A stretch of DNA of 64,000 bases from Octopus sinensis (lineage: Eukaryota). Under the pieces are notes generated by a model that saw only the letters and a list, made by a program, of their open reading frames with translations, was not told the origin of the DNA and did not search any database. A program made the position numbers and the translations under genes. Below, one piece after another: positions 12,027 to 24,600 of this stretch (position 1 is its first letter; the number at the start of each line of letters is the position of its first letter). The DNA is taken from contig NC_043000.1 in assembly GCF_006345805.1 (NCBI RefSeq), positions 125,984,001-126,048,000 of the forward strand, in the 5' to 3' direction.

Positions 12027-14785
12027 CATAACTATCCATGGAAAATAATCACTTGCTAAAACAAAACTCAAATTCACTCTCTTCTTTTTCTTTTCCTTCT
12101 TGAGCCTCATAACTCATTAGGCCAGTTACCCACTTTCCATGGCATGTAAGTAACCAAGATCACAACATTCTCTGTTGATGGATCCAAGGCCAACAATTTT
12201 GAGGGAACAAGACAATTGCATCGACCCCAGTACTTGACTGGAACTTTAATTTATCAACCTCGAAGAGATAAAAGGCAAAGTTGACCTGGACAGGATTTGA
12301 ACTTAGAATGTAAAGAGCTGGAAGAAATGTCACTAAGCATTGATGTGTTAATGATTCTGCTGACTCAATGCCTTCTCTCTTAAATAGAAGTTGATAATCT
12401 TTAGAGCTGAGGATATCTACACACATTTCATTTTTTTTTGTTTTTTTAATTCAACAATCAATATATTAATTTATAACATTTTAAACTTTTTTTTTAAAAT
12501 TTTTGCAACCGTTAAGTATTCAGTGTTTGCAGAGAATTAATGACTTAGTGCTTAAAGTATTGGAACATTGATTCAGACATCGCCAAAGGCAATTACTCTG
12601 TGTTTTGAGTCAAGACATATTGCTCTAAATAGCAAGTAACTCAACCTCGTAGATGAAAAAAACTAGCATGTATGTACAAAGTGCAGCTGTATGGTTAAGA
12701 AGTTTGCTTCACAAACACGTGGTTTTGAGTTCAGCTCCACTGTGTGGCATTGTGAGCTAGTGCCTTCTATTATAGTCCCAGGCCAACATAAGCTTCGTGA
12801 GTGGATTCATTAGATGAAAACTGAAAGAAGCCCATCCTCTGTCTGTGTGTGTGTCCTTGTCTTGACATTACATGACGTAAATGAGTGTTGCTGCCATACA
12901 TGTAGCATCATTCATTTCCAATATTCTGCAAAGAAATGTCTGGCCATAGAAACATAGTACCTTGTTTGAAAACAAGTGAGGGTTAGAGACAGGAGGGGCA
13001 TCCAGCCATAGAAAATCTGTTTTAACCCTTTTTGAATTAATCATGCATTATCTCATAACTTTCAGATTTTGATGATGTGATTGTTTATTCCTAGAATAAT
13101 ATTGTAGGGTAGGTGTGACATGTTAGATCTGACCTGTTTGAACATCAGACAAGTACAATAGTGGGCTGGATATGGCCTGTTTAAGTCCCAAAGAGTTAAT
13201 AAACCCTATTTTACCCATGCAAGTATGGGAAGATAGACATTACAAAAATGATGGTCATGAAATGATATAGATGTGAAGTCAGCAATAAATGTGGTGTTTC
13301 TTCACCAACTATTTGCACAAATCCTTGAATTCATAACACCATTTGAGACCACTCTAAATAAGTAGATGATAAAACATTTCCAAAGAAGAAGAAATTAGGT
13401 TTATTTAATGAGATGTACAATAAATAAGGATGAAACAAATAAGTTTGTGAACTTAGTTCTTCATTCATGTATACTAAATGTATAAAGTTCAGGCATGATT
13501 GTGTGGTTAAGAAGTTCACTTCACAACCACATGGTTTTTTAGTTCAATCTCACTGCACTGTACCTTAAGCAAGTGCTTTTTACTATAACCCTGGGTCAAG
13601 CTGTGGTGTATTTGTGTGCATCTTTATTTGTTTCACATCACTTGATGACTGGTGTTTGTTTCTTTATGTTCCCATAACTAAGCAGTTTAGCAAAAAGAAA
13701 CCAATAAAATAAATAAAGGGGTTAGTTTCATTGACTAAACATTTGGAGTCCCAGCAGGGCTGCAGTCCAATGACTGAAACCAGTAAAAGAATTAAAGAGC
13801 ACTGTGTTAGATTTGTTGTGACTTCCCTCATTCTATCCACTGCAAATTTTATACTAAATTGTCACATTGACTTAATAGTAGATTACATACCAGGTTAATA
13901 TGAGAATGGATTCATGACTTACATTTCTAAGCACAGATCTGCCTCTGCCATAAATAAGTTCCAGAGAATGATGAAGAAGACAGGTAGAATCCATGCTAAT
14001 TGATTTGCTGCAATTGTACTGCAAGATTATCGGTTTTCCATTCTCTCACCTGATACATCAGGTTCATTTTAATCTGCTGATATGAATCATAAGTCACCCA
14101 GCAAACATATAGATATTCATTGCTATGTAATAGCTTTCTTCAGTCTTCTGCTTTTCTTCATACTAAATCTTTGATAAATCTATTTCTTATTTGTATCCGT
14201 TATTATAGTTGAAAGTAGACTTTTCGTTTGTATAATGACGAAAATTTATTTGAGACCAGACTTGATGATAACAGAATTTTTTGCAAAATGCAACAAGTTT
14301 AATTAATAAAGAGATTTTAATTACTTAAAAAGAAAAAGTTGATAAATATTGAAAGTTTATAAAAAAAAACATTGTAGGAAATATTTTTTAGAGAGTTAGC
14401 TTCACAATATTCTCTGCATTAAGTATGTTAACACTAATTAACTTTAACGGAAAATATTTGTGATCATTTAATAGACAAAAGCATACAATAATAACTTAGT
14501 TTGTCTCTCTATATATAAAGCTGATTGATCTTTGCTTAATATAAAGTTCATACAAGATGATAAATCTTCGACAATAGGACAGAACAGTGTGTCTAATGAT
14601 CTTTTCCTTTTTCCAATTAAATCTGATACACAGTGAAAAAAATGCTTTTTCCAAATGAACATTTATGTACTTCCTGTTAGCATGAATATATTGTTAATAT
14701 CTAACTCCATAAAACAATCTGTAAAATTTATTCATGTTGTTCTAATAAATGATTTCTTCTTTTCCTTACCTCTGCCGTTTTATAG

Positions 14786-14932
14786 AGAGGAGCATTTGTA
14801 AGCGAGCCAGCAATTTTAGTGAAGAGAAAATATCACAACAGCCAGATCTGGTCAATGGAGAAATTTGAGAACAAAATTATTGATATGCGGGAGTTGTATG
14901 ATGAAAACAAAACTTTGGCACATCCATTGATG
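14786..14932 (+). CDS. KIF13: KIF13 coding exon 2 (RGAFVSEPAILVKRKYHNSQIWSMEKFENKIIDMRELYDENKTLAHPLM); 3' end is 14932 or 14959
   Basis: Acceptor ttttatag|AGA. Matches recalled RGAIVSEPAI...EKLENKLIDMRDLY. Two in-frame donors: ATG|gtacta (14932) and TCG|gtcggt (14959). Confidence 0.9.
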
Positions 14933-15679
14933 GTACTAGAAGAATCTGATGATTACTCGGTCGGTGTTGCTTCTTGCATGGCTTGTAGCTTGACTTTCAC
15001 TTCTCTGTCTTATTTAGGTTTCAATATCCATTAATCGTTTTATTACAAATTGATATTTATATTAGATTGACAGATAACTTATTACTTTAAACCTTATAAA
15101 ATAACATAATAGACAATTGTAAATTCATGTTTAGCTTTCTGTCTTGGAACTATATTGTAACTCTGCACTAAATCACTGAACTTTGAGAGTCAGTGAGTCT
15201 GAGTTTAAGTCCTGTTAACTGTTTTTTTTTACCTTTATGAGGACAATACTAAGTTTCAGCTCTTGAAATACACTGCTTTACATAGTTCAGTAAGAGATGA
15301 GAAGAGTAAAGGTCTATTTTGCTTTAAAAAAAATCAACATGAAAATGACATTTTAGTTTGAAAAGTTTGTTTCTAATTGCTGTATAAAGTTATTTAACTA
15401 AACTTTTATCAGTAATTACAGTAATCAGAAAATAATCAGTCTAGATTAGTCATCAAGTATTATTGCATTTTATCTCAGTAGTAATGTTTGTTAATCAGTG
15501 AGTCAATACTTGATTTTAACTAACACAAATATATCCATCACTTGACCTCTTCTAATAAGATGTATATGCATACACACACATACAAACACATATATACATG
15601 CATGAACATATACATATATAGCTATATGTATATATACATGTATGTGTATTCATATATTTTATATATAGATGTATGTGCG

Positions 15680-15712
<33 letters not shown>

Positions 15713-17420
15713 ATATATATATATGTATGTATGATGGATAAGTTTTATGTAATGTATCTATATCTCTTCTTTAATAGCCCATGGGGGAATATCAGCTATA
15801 AGCTAATGGCACTCTCATCAGTTTTATTATATTGTATAGCTGCTAACATTGATGACATGTTTTCCTCTCAGGAAACTAATTTATAAACCAGGTAGACTAG
15901 GCAGTTGGGATTTGTGTGTATTTTCCAAATATACAGTTTAGCTCTCGTGGCAAGAAACTATCCATCAGTCTTCATCCAGTCTGCCATTTGTCATCGTCAT
16001 TTTTACTATGTTCACTGTAAAGAAACTTGTACTAACATCCAGGAGCCAAAGATGCTTTATCAGGAAACTTTAGTAACCATCTTTATTGCTTTGATAATTT
16101 AAAATTTTGGTGGAATCTTTCATTTGTCAAGGTAGAATTAAGAATAGGTAAATTTAAATTTAATTTCTTTCTGCACAGCTTTACCTGCATTGCCCACTGC
16201 TTTTTCCTTTTTTTCTTCTTTTTTTTTTTTAATAGTTGGGGATTCCTTTTGGATCAGTTATTTTCAATTTGTCTTCAGAAATGTGCTAGATTAATGTTTC
16301 TTGCTGTATAATGGTTTCAAATTCATATTCTGCATCAAACATTGCATGAAATCATTTAAGAAATCAGTTTCTTAAATTCGCTTGCTTCAATCCAATATGT
16401 TATAAATTTGCTATCTCTCTCTTGCAAACTTTGGATAACTTTCTAATAGCACCAAAATCAAGAGGTTACATACCATGTACCCTGTTAGTAAACCAAATTT
16501 AAATTCTCTTTTGGTGTGCTATTAATTTTCTCAGGAATGCTAGAAATCCTTTGGTCTTATGTAATTTACTGTGACATAAAATTAATTTTATCAGTTACAT
16601 AGTTAAATTTTGTATTTTTAGGATGCTTGAAAGTAATTAGTAAGATATTTATAAAATTCTAATATTTTTGGTGTAGTGATTTGGAATAAAACTTAATGAT
16701 TGGTTAAAATTATTATAGCGCTACTGTATACCACTAACATGTAAACACAGACATTCTTAAACAAGTTGATACATAAAAGGTTAAAAGGATATAGCTATCA
16801 CTCTTATCATTTTCAGTGACTCAAACCATTTCTTACTTTTAGAAAACTGGTTTCTTCTTCATCTTTTTATTTGCATTTTGATTACCATTATTTACAGTTT
16901 TCCTCTCAAAATGTACTTTTCTGCTGCTTCATCTTTACTTTCACTTTACTCAAGTGGTAGTATCTCTAAATATGGATGAAGCATCTTACAGTATTGCAAA
17001 TATTGACAAAGCATCATATAGTATCTTCAAATATTGACTAAGCTCTTTTTTTTTTAAATTCTATTCCAATCCTTTAGAAATTAATTACAGTTACACCGAT
17101 AGTTTAAAAATGGAAGCTTGTTTTACTTTTGAAAGTGAATCAGTGCTAAGCCAGTTATTCTATACAGATTCAGCTGAATAATTTAGTTTCATTTGTAGCA
17201 TGAACGGAACGATAAAATGTTTTTAGAAAATTATGTAAGTCTTGCACAAACATTAAATCCATCCTCGGCTCCATCTTACTCCAGCTATCTTCTATAGATT
17301 AGCATTAAACATCCCCTGTTCATTTGATTCTTTAGAAAAATCTTTAAATATGATTACTTGCTTTTGATCTGAGCCAAAATTCCAATCTATAAGAAAACCA
17401 AATCTATTTTGTTATAACAG

Positions 17421-17474
17421 AAATGCAACCAAACAAAAAGTTCCACACATTCAGTTGAGAGTCAGGCAAGCAAA
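17421..17474 (+). CDS. Candidate 54-nt in-frame cassette exon (KCNQTKSSTHSVESQASK), unconfirmed
   Basis: Acceptor ttttgttataacag, donor AAA|gtaaac (or GC donor CAG|gcaagc after 17465, 45 nt). Phase 0/0 like its host intron, no stop codon. Confidence 0.2.
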
Positions 17475-18284
17475 GTAAACAATTCTTTTGTTTTTCTGTA
17501 TTAATGTCATTTTTATAACTAGTAATGAGAGAAGTATTTGTTAGTTTTTTGTTGTTTTTTTTTGTCTTGCATTTTCGTTCCTTTGCTCCATGCCACACAT
17601 TTTGTGTGTGTGTATGTATTTCTTGTTTTATTTTTGTGTGGTTGTTTTATAAATGCACATGTTTGTGTTTGTGTGTGTGTGCTTAAAACCATACAAATAA
17701 ATAAGTATCATGCTTTCATAAACAAGTATACATGTTTATACATACTTCATATAAATCTCTTATACATGTATGTGTATGTGTCTATTATACACACACACAC
17801 ATGTAGATATGCACATATATGTGTATATATAGATAAATATGTACATACATGTAAATAGATAGATCCAGATATACACTCACATATATCTATAAGTATATGA
17901 CATATAAATGTGTGTGTGTGTATATATATATATATATGAAATGTATGTTAGCATGGGTGTACATTTTCACATGACAGCAGCAAACAATCAGAAATAAAGG
18001 TAACAAAATAGTGAAACTCTTAATAATGTGAACAGCACCAGTAGTAACAAGCGAAGATGAATGAAAATCTGTTGGGGAAGAATGTAATATCAGTGAACAT
18101 ATTGAAGTAAACAACTTCTGTTCTTTGATATTTCTGATTACATAGTTACCACCAGAAATAGCTACCAGCCTTGTAGAAGAAAAGATTTCACAACAAACTT
18201 GCATATTTGTACAAACAGTTGATTATTCAACACATCTGTGTGTGTGTGTGGATAGATGTGTTGAATATATTAATGTTTGATTTT

Positions 18285-18650
18285 ATGACAAGTTGTTATA
18301 AAAACAATTTAAAATTAGACAGAAAAAATACTCAATACTTTCTGTAGAGCATATATTTATAATGCTTTTACCAGAAGGATGACAGCAACTTTGAAGTTTT
18401 GCCAGTCCAATGTAGACTAGCAAGCCAAATCTTCAAAGTCACTGTCACCCCTCTTCTCGTAAAAGTATAATGAATATATAAATATTTTTTACAAACACTA
18501 ACTTTTTTTTCTGTGCAAAGCAGTTAGTGGGAGAACTTAGTAAAAGTGAAAATAATTAGATATAGAATGATGATATCTACCTACAATGACATAGAGCTAA
18601 TACAAAGGGACACTTGAAATTAAAATCAAACCATATTTTAAAATAAAGGT
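18285..18650. repeat. Imperfect palindrome centred at ~18410, made of two head-to-head copies of a dispersed repeat
   Basis: cttttaccagaaggatgacagcaactttgaag pairs with cttcaaagtcactgtcacccctcttctcgtaaaag. Confidence 0.75.
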
Positions 18651-18793
18651 ATGCTGTCTCCAAACATATTGTGTTTCTTGTAGTCAGATATTCATAAAAA
18701 TCCATGGTCATCGTATGCCATTGCTGTAAGAGCTGCAAAGAGAATTGGAGAAGTGTGTTGCTTTTTTGTACACGTTGCAGAACAGAATCATCA

Positions 18794-19020
18794 ATATATA
18801 TATATTAGAAGAAATTAGGTACTCAGAAATCTGGATGGTTTTATATTTACAGATTTTTATTAATATGTCACATGTTTTTATAAATCATATATTAGTGCTT
18901 GCATCCACTCTAGTGGATTCTTCAGATTATGATTTATAAAAAACGTGACATAGTAATAAAAATCTGTAAATATACAACTATCCAGACTTCTGAGTACCTT
19001 ATTTCTTCTAATATATATAT
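18794..19020. repeat. Long near-perfect inverted repeat (~95-bp arms) between (TA)n runs
   Basis: Left arm tattagaagaaattaggtactcagaaatctggatgg...ataaatcata pairs with right arm tatgatttat...tccagacttctgagtaccttatttcttctaata, with only scattered mismatches. Confidence 0.9.
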
Positions 19021-19900
19021 ACATATATATATATAATATATATATATATATATAAACAACCAACATATGAAGTACACAAACAAATATATTCAATTTACTA
19101 TGTGAAAAAACTTTGCAAGAGTGCTTAAATCATTAAAATCAACATTTAAAACAAATAAAATTTACATAAAGAAATAAGCTGTTACAATATTAAGAATAAA
19201 TATTTTATATTTGTTTAGAAAAGTATTTTTTATGTGCAAAACAGTTAGTATAAGGGCCCAATAAATATGAAAAATATTTTATTTGGAGTGATAATATGTG
19301 CAGTAATATATAAATACAGTTAATAACAAAGAGGCACTTGAGAATAAAATCAAATACATATTGAAATAAATAAATAACAGCTCATTTTTGAAACTTAAAT
19401 TTGAAATTCAATTTTTAATGTTGATTTCAGTCATTGAAGCCTTCTTTGCAAAGGTTTTCTTTGTATACTAAATGGGACATATTTGGTTCTTGGTGTTTCT
19501 GTCTCACAGTGTATATAAATAGCAACACAGTCTGGCCATTTCTGCTGATGAAGGCATGTTTGCATGGACTGAACAATATGTATAGAAATAGAATACACAC
19601 ACACACAATCAATCTGAGGCTTGGTTTTATTTCTCCCAAGTGTCTCTTCATATTAGTTTCAAATTTTTGGCACAAGGCCAGCAATTTCAAGGAGGGGCCT
19701 AAGTCAATTACATCAACATCAGTGCTCATCTGATAATTATTTTACCAATCAAGAATGTAAAGACAGATGAAATGACACAGAGCATTTTGCTTTGTGTGTT
19801 TATCTCTTCATATTAAATGTACCTACATATCATCCTGAGCTCGTATATCACACTGAGGATTCTGACAGATGCAAGAAGATAAGATAATAATAATAATAAT

Positions 19901-20247
19901 TAAAAGACGAAATTGCATGAATGTGAGCAATGAGGTGAGTAAATGTTATCCCAGTAGTTGTAGGGGCACTCAGAACATTAACAACCAGGTTCGAGAAATA
20001 TGTCAGAGGAAATGGAATTGACATGAGGAGGCCCCAAAAACTGCTCTGTTGGGGACAGCTAGGATTTTGAGATTGGTGCTGGAGTGTTGAATGCCTTCCA
20101 CAGTAAGTTAACATCCTAGTATCAAAGCTTAGAGTTTGTGGAAAGAGACCCAGTGAGACTTCTGACAACAGGTTGCTGTCCACTCCCACAGAATCAACCA
20201 GAGCAACTAAGACCAAGACCTGAGAAGGAAAATAATAAAAATAATAA
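19901..20247 (+). mobile_element. 5'-truncated, decayed Dong/R4-clade (REL-endonuclease) non-LTR retrotransposon 3' fragment inserted in (TAA)n
   Basis: Translates KDEIA*M*AMR*VNVIPVVVGALRTLTTRFEKYVRG...(frameshift)QKTALLGTARILRLVLEC* (stop at 20088-20090). This matches the recalled R4/Dong C-terminal motif VIPVVVGALG...QKTALLGTARILRKVL. (TAA)n lies on both sides. Confidence 0.8.
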
Positions 20248-20560
20248 CACTTTCTACTATAGGCACAAGGCCTGAAATCAGGGGTGGGGTCAACTGATAC
20301 TTGTATTGTGTAGTAACACATTTTAATTGCCACTTTTCTATGTTTATATGGGTCAGGCGAAATTCATTGAGGCAAATTTTCTATGGCCAGTTGCCCCTTG
20401 CTGTGGCCAACCCTTTCCTGTTTCCAAGCTGACATGTTTCCATGGAAGATTGGAAATGGACACCACTTGTATGACAGTGATGCTCATTTACAACTATCAC
20501 ACATTTACAACTATCAAGACAAAGAGAGACATATATACATATATGATGAGCTTACATACA

Positions 20561-21140
20561 CACACACACACACACACACAAACACACACGCACCCATGTG
20601 TATGTATATATGAGTATGTGTACAATGTAGTAACAGGTAGAAGTATATACTCAATGTAATTGGGTGTTATTTATTAATTCAAAGTTAATAGTCTCGCTCT
20701 GACTCTACTCTAACACTTGTATTGAGTACTCTTCTCAAGTAACTCAAAACACACACACACATATACATGTGTGTGTGCTCAACCTGTACAAAAGGAAAAG
20801 CTACTGGCCAAATACCAACACTTGCATAAACACTCACTAGCACACACACACACACACACAAACACACACGCACCCATGTGTATGTATATATGAGTATGTG
20901 TACAATGTAGTAACAGGTAGAAGTATATACTCAATGTAATTGGGTGTTATTTATTAATTCAAAGTTAATAGTCTCGCTCTGACTCTACTCTAACACTTGT
21001 ATTGAGTACTCTTCTCAAGTAACTCAAAACACACACACACATATACATGTGTGTGTGCTCAACCTGTACAAAAGGAAAAGCTACTGGCCAAATACCAACA
21101 CTTGCATAAACACTCACTAGCACACACACACACACACACA
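20561..21140 (+). repeat. Perfect 280-bp tandem duplication bounded by (CA)n
   Basis: aacacacacgcacccatgtg at 20581 and 20861; cactcactag ends at 20840 and 21120. Confidence 0.92.
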
Positions 21141-21379
21141 CATACATATAGAGGGCTTCATTATCCCTGTTAAATAAATGCATACACAATCTACCTCAGG
21201 TGTTTACTTTTCGCTTTCATGTTTCAAACTCCACAACAATGTCACACAAACAAACATGCATCCATACACACGTGTGTGGGCTGTGCATTTTGGTTATTTT
21301 TGATTTTGCATGGTGTCTTTTTTTATTTTTACTTCATTTCATATTTGTTTGGGTTATTGTGCTGTTTTTCTGCATATGC

Positions 21380-21609
21380 GTACATATATGTATGTGTGTG
21401 TATATATATATATATGTGTGTGTATATATATATGTATATATGTGTGTATATATATATATGTATATAAATATGTATGTATATATATATATTTATAAATTAG
21501 ATTATCATCTTGTTTTATTAGGCTTTTTGCTTAATTAGAATGTGGTTGTCTTTTTATTTTGCTCTCTCTCTCTCACTTCATGCATATAGATGTGGTGTGT
21601 GTATGTATG

Positions 21610-21697
<88 letters not shown>

Positions 21698-21871
21698 TCT
21701 ATATATATATATATATGTATGTTATATATAATATATGTATGTATTATATATATATATGTATGTATATATAGAAATTATATGTCTGTATATATATATATAT
21801 GTATGTATATATATATATATGTATGTATATATATATATATATATTATGTATATATATATATATGTATGTAT

Positions 21872-21910
<39 letters not shown>

Positions 21911-21930
21911 GTATATATACATATATTAAT
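21380..21930. repeat. Large (TA)n/(TATG)n microsatellite block; similar blocks at 23100-23420, 32950-33010, 34380-34660; (CT)n at 22170-22215 and 29500-29565; (ATT)n at 30240-30308 and 30866-31045
   Basis: Direct inspection. These blocks generate the YIYI/IIII/SLSL ORFs in the track. Confidence 0.97.
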
Positions 21931-22167
21931 CACACGTTGCCTTCTTCATCTTTCTGCACCCTTAATCTGTTATTTTCAAGCAATAGGAAAGAACCTGTTT
22001 TCTTTTCTTTTTTTTCTTTTTTTTGCCCTTTTTTTTCTATTTTCATAACATAATTGTTGTTGTTGCTGCTGCTGCTGCTGGTGTTTGTAGTTGCTATGAA
22101 TCACCTCTTCATATACCTGTTTATGTTTTTCTACTTTTATACCGTTTTGCTGTATTTTGCTCTATTT

Positions 22168-22219
<52 letters not shown>

Positions 22220-22351
22220 ATACACATACATGTTTCATCTCTTTCTCACATTCTCCCTTTCTCTCTCTTATGAATGAATGCTACAATGAAATTTGTGTTT
22301 TTGTTCCTATAACAGTGATTATTATTATTATTAATTTTTATTATTATTATT

Positions 22352-22391
<40 letters not shown>

Positions 22392-22521
22392 TGTGCGTGC
22401 GTGCGTGTTTTGTGGTTGTTTTCTATTGCCAATGTTTGAAATATGCTAGAGCTGATGGGAAATTCTAATAGGCAGTTCTTTTATTCCTACTTTGATATTC
22501 CAATAAATTCTTTGTCTATTT

Positions 22522-22535
22522 GTTGCCATGGCAAT
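22522..22535. promoter_or_regulatory. RFX X-box-like palindrome GTTGCCATGGCAAT
   Basis: 13/14 match to GTTGCCATGGCAAC, in a unique island between microsatellites. Confidence 0.35.
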
Positions 22536-23109
22536 CTGAAGAACTGCTCCATTCTAATAGTATCTCTATTCATTCAACTGTCCTGAATTTACATTGTCAA
22601 AGAATACAGCAAGGTCCATTGAATCTGACCTTTCACCTGTATGCAATACAAAACTAAAGTTTACTTTGGAAAATTTTTGCATTGCACTAGAATTTTCTAG
22701 GGTCTATTATTATCATATTATCATTATTATTATTAATATTATTATTAGTATTATTATTATTATTTGTATTATTATTATTATTATTGTTATTATTGAAACA
22801 TTGACTAAAATATGTTTTGTATAGTTTTTTTTTATTTATTCATTAGTAATTGTATTTCATTCAAATGTTAAGGAGTTTAATTAATAGAACCGACTTTTAA
22901 TGGAAGTATATCAGTTTGGTTTGTGTGACTGTGTGTATATGTGTATGAGGATACTTAACATAACTATGCAGGTGTGTATATTTGTGTGTGTGTGTGTTTG
23001 TTATAAATTGGTATGTATATCAATGTGTGTGGATGTAAATGTATGCACACATGTATATATATGCAAGTATGTATACATGCATCTAAGTATGCATGTGAAT
23101 GTGTGTATG

Positions 23110-23147
<38 letters not shown>

Positions 23148-23255
23148 AAAAGAATTAAAAGGAAAAGTACCTCAACTATATAATATATATATATTATTAT
23201 ATATATATGTACATGCATATGTATGTTTATATATATATTTACACACACACATATG

Positions 23256-23308
<53 letters not shown>

Positions 23309-24600
23309 GTATGTATATGCATGTATACGTATGAACATATGTATGTATATATATATATGTATGTATATATATATGTATATACATGTGTGTGTGTATATAT
23401 GTATGTATATGCATATATATGTATGCATCAGACATTAAACAATGATGATGATATATATACACACACATACACAGTGTGTGTGTATCATCATGATCATCAT
23501 CAGTTAACATCTGGCTTCCATGCTGGCATGGGTTGGATTGGTTGACAGGAGCCGGTAAGATGGAAGAATGCACCAAGCACTACTGTAAGCTTTGGCATGG
23601 TTTCTATGGTTGGATACCCTCTTTAACACCAACCACTTAACAAAGTATGCTGGATGCTTTTTACATGGCAGCAGCAGCAAAGTCACTGTGTAACTTGCAA
23701 GACTCCTAACCCCACCCCTGCCTAACCTGAGAGTGAGGAGTGGGGTTAAGGGAGTAGCTTTGTATCAGGTGATGAGAGGTTAAATAGAGATAGAAATAGG
23801 GGTATTGCTGTAGAGAAGATACAAGGCTACCCCACTTGGGGAGAGAGGGAGAGAAAATAGTGAAGATGTGCCAGGGCATACCCTCAAGGTACAAGGAGGT
23901 GAATGTAAGTGGAGTTTTATGATGGATTGGGCAGGGTGGATGAGCAAGGGGTTCATAAAAGTGCAAAAGAGAGAGAGAGAGGAGGAGGAGGCAAGGGAGA
24001 GGTGTGGGAATAGCAGTGTTGTTGTTGTTCTTGTTGGCAGGTGGGGGAACAGGGCAGAGAGATGATAAATCAGCATTGCATTGGACTGTCAGAGCAGGGT
24101 GGGGAGAGACAAATGTAGTGCAGGAGATGTAATTTGGTTCCTTGATGGGGTGGAAGGGTGAATTGATGTAATTGGTGTGGGTGGAGAAAAAATATTACAC
24201 TGTGCTCCTAGAACTCTGTTTTGCTGAGGTGGGCAGAGTATCTTTGTGTAAAAAGTGTGTGTGTGTGCATTTGTATGTATGTGTATATATTTGTATATAT
24301 GCATGTGTATTTGTATATACGTATGTACATGTATGTCTGCATAACATGAATATATTTACATACATATATATATATATATATAGACACACACACAGACGTA
24401 TGTATGTGTGTATACCAGCAGGTGTATGTGTAAGTACATGTATACGTGAGTATATGTGTATATATGTGTGTACATGTGCTATTCGAGTCATTTCATGAAT
24501 TATTATTATTATTATTTTTATCATTATCATTAATTATTATTATCATTATATTATTATTATTATTATTATTAGTGAATTTATGTGCCAATTTCTTTTGTAG

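Noticed and set aside
17887-18204. Minus-strand 105-aa ORF with a good acceptor (tcttttcttctacaag) and a hydrophobic end; possible nested antisense exon
   Set aside because: No recognisable homology, no donor or partner exons found, and it runs into a TA/CA tract
21219-23576. Dozens of ORFs (YIYI, CVCV, SLSL, IIII) in the track, also at 29080-31238, 32564-34738 and 62941-63599
   Set aside because: Translations of (TA)n, (TG)n, (CT)n and (ATT)n microsatellites; not genes
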